Shown piece after piece: positions 62,730 through 64,000 of a stretch of 64,000 nt of DNA. The notes under the pieces are model-generated. The model saw nothing but the letters and a program-made list of their open reading frames with translations, was not told the DNA's origin and did no database searches. The stretch comes from Macrostomum lignano (taxonomy: Eukaryota): the NCBI GenBank assembly GCA_002269645.1, contig NIVC01000052.1:248001-312000 (forward strand), written 5' to 3'. The position numbers and the translations under genes are program-made. How positions within the stretch are numbered: position 1 is the stretch's first letter; each line of letters begins with the position of its first letter.

Positions 62730-63620
62730 ATGTTTTCGTTGCTGCTTCTGCTAATCTTGGCACAGAGCTCAATAGGTTCATCAGTTGAGCAGCTCAATTA
62801 CAACTTAGTGCACCATATGAGCATGAACAAGGATCCTGGTGTTGTACAGGTCAGTAAGACTGGAGTAAGACCGTCATTGGCCACAAGGAAAAATCTTATT
62901 GCTCTTCTGCCAGACCGAGTCCCGCTGCAACGCCTCAATCGGATGCCACAAAGACCCGGTGACTCTCTCGTGCGGCCTGCTGCAGATCAAAAGCACCGAC
63001 TGGATTGACGCCTCAGACTTGCCGGAAAACCTATTAGAGGAGGTCTGCGTAATTTATGAGTCTATAACATTCCGACCATAAACCCTGACCCTAACCTAAA
63101 TTGTCGGCAGTCAAATGGCTGGTAGTCAAATGCTTGACAGTCACATATCGGGCTCCTGCAGTCTATAGGACTTAAATAATTCATTTTAATATCCATATAC
63201 TTGCTCCGTTCTTATTCCCAAACCAAACCAGACTGGATGACCTGCACTACTGGGTTACAGAGTCTGCTTGTGCTCTGCTATATGGCAAGGTATGGCAAAT
63301 ATTGCTCAGGCGGAAGACAGCCAACCGATGAGTTGAAGAAAATGGCTCTTTGTTCAAGTGTGTTCGACCGACGTTGCGTTTGACCATTTGTGCAAAGCTC
63401 CCTTATGAGTTTAAAGATACATTTAACTACGTGTCCATCGATGAAGAAATGCCGCTTTAACACAACCGCTGAATTCACAGGACTATGCTCGCATTCACAA
63501 TGGCGGTCCACTAGGTAAGACAAGAACACCTCACTAATGTGAACTTCAGTGGTTGTGTTAAAGTGGCATTGCTTCATCGATGGCTACTGGAAGAAGAAAT
63601 GTTTAAGAATTCGTCTGCCT
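62730..63620 (+). pseudogene. Degenerate invertebrate-type (i-type/destabilase) lysozyme; exon remnants 62730..62849, 62914..63042, 63232..~63330, 63481..63514, ~63550..63620
   Basis: Signal peptide, TESRCNASIGCHKD..LSCGLLQIK..WID, DWMTC, YMARYGKYCSGGRQPT, DYARIHNGGPL, IDGYWKK. The reading frame is broken at 63010..63020 and there is no in-phase donor after exon 3. Confidence 0.75.
63435..63583. repeat. 45-bp inverted repeat (63435..63479 / 63538..63583) bracketing a 34-nt exon
   Basis: CCATCGATGAAGAAATGCCGCTTTAACACAACCGCTGAATTCACA matches its reverse complement with ~4 differences. Confidence 0.88.
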
Positions 63621-64000
63621 TGTGTGTATATGAACACTTGGCGTCGCAAGTATCAGTTTGATGTGCCCTCTCTACAGTTTAAGATGCACTCTCGGTCTGC
63701 CGATTCAATAGAATCATGCAACTCTCGCCTGCTGCTGCAGCCTGATGATTCTTATTTAAGTTGCTGATTAGTTAGTCTTTACAATTCAAACCCTTAATTT
63801 TCTCATTAGCAAACAAATACAACAAATACTCCTATGTAACGAAAGGCTTCCTTGTTAGAACGAAAGACCTCCGTTCCTTGTCTGCTCCGGCCCTGCCGTT
63901 GTTGACCCTGCAGCTTTAGCCCTCCCCTCGATAGAATTGAGTCTCATCAGCTCAGTCCAGTAAGGTTGAGTTGATCTGAATAAGCATCTTCACTAAATAA

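Overview
Eukaryotic (metazoan) genomic DNA. GC-rich spliceosomal exons are separated by AT-rich spacers and by introns inflated with mini/microsatellites. The style suggests a free-living flatworm such as Macrostomum, but this is inference, not proven. Manual exon joining (GT-AG, phase-consistent) gives these genes: a MyD88-like death+TIR adaptor (259..1809,+); a secreted Argos/giant-lens-like Cys-rich protein (3570..5145,-); a BTB-NPH3 protein of the NPH3/RPT2-like family normally regarded as plant-specific (7857..14115,+); ARMC3 (15563..24006,-); cytosolic aspartate aminotransferase GOT1 (25321..31499,+); an intronless hypothetical ORF (32663..33685,+); a 7-EC protocadherin (~37425..56657,+); a complete intracellular serpin (59189..60788,-); the last exon of a second serpin with a CrmA-like Asp-Cys reactive loop (61898..62227,-); and a broken i-type lysozyme (62730..~63620,+). 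About 30 tandem arrays, two MITE-like inverted-repeat elements and a dispersed (GACA)n-tailed element fill the rest. Most long ORFs in the supplied track are repeat artefacts. No rRNA, tRNA or CRISPR is supported. The most interesting items are the animal NPH3-family gene, the CrmA-like serpin loop, the MyD88 TIR substitutions and the Argos-like protein.
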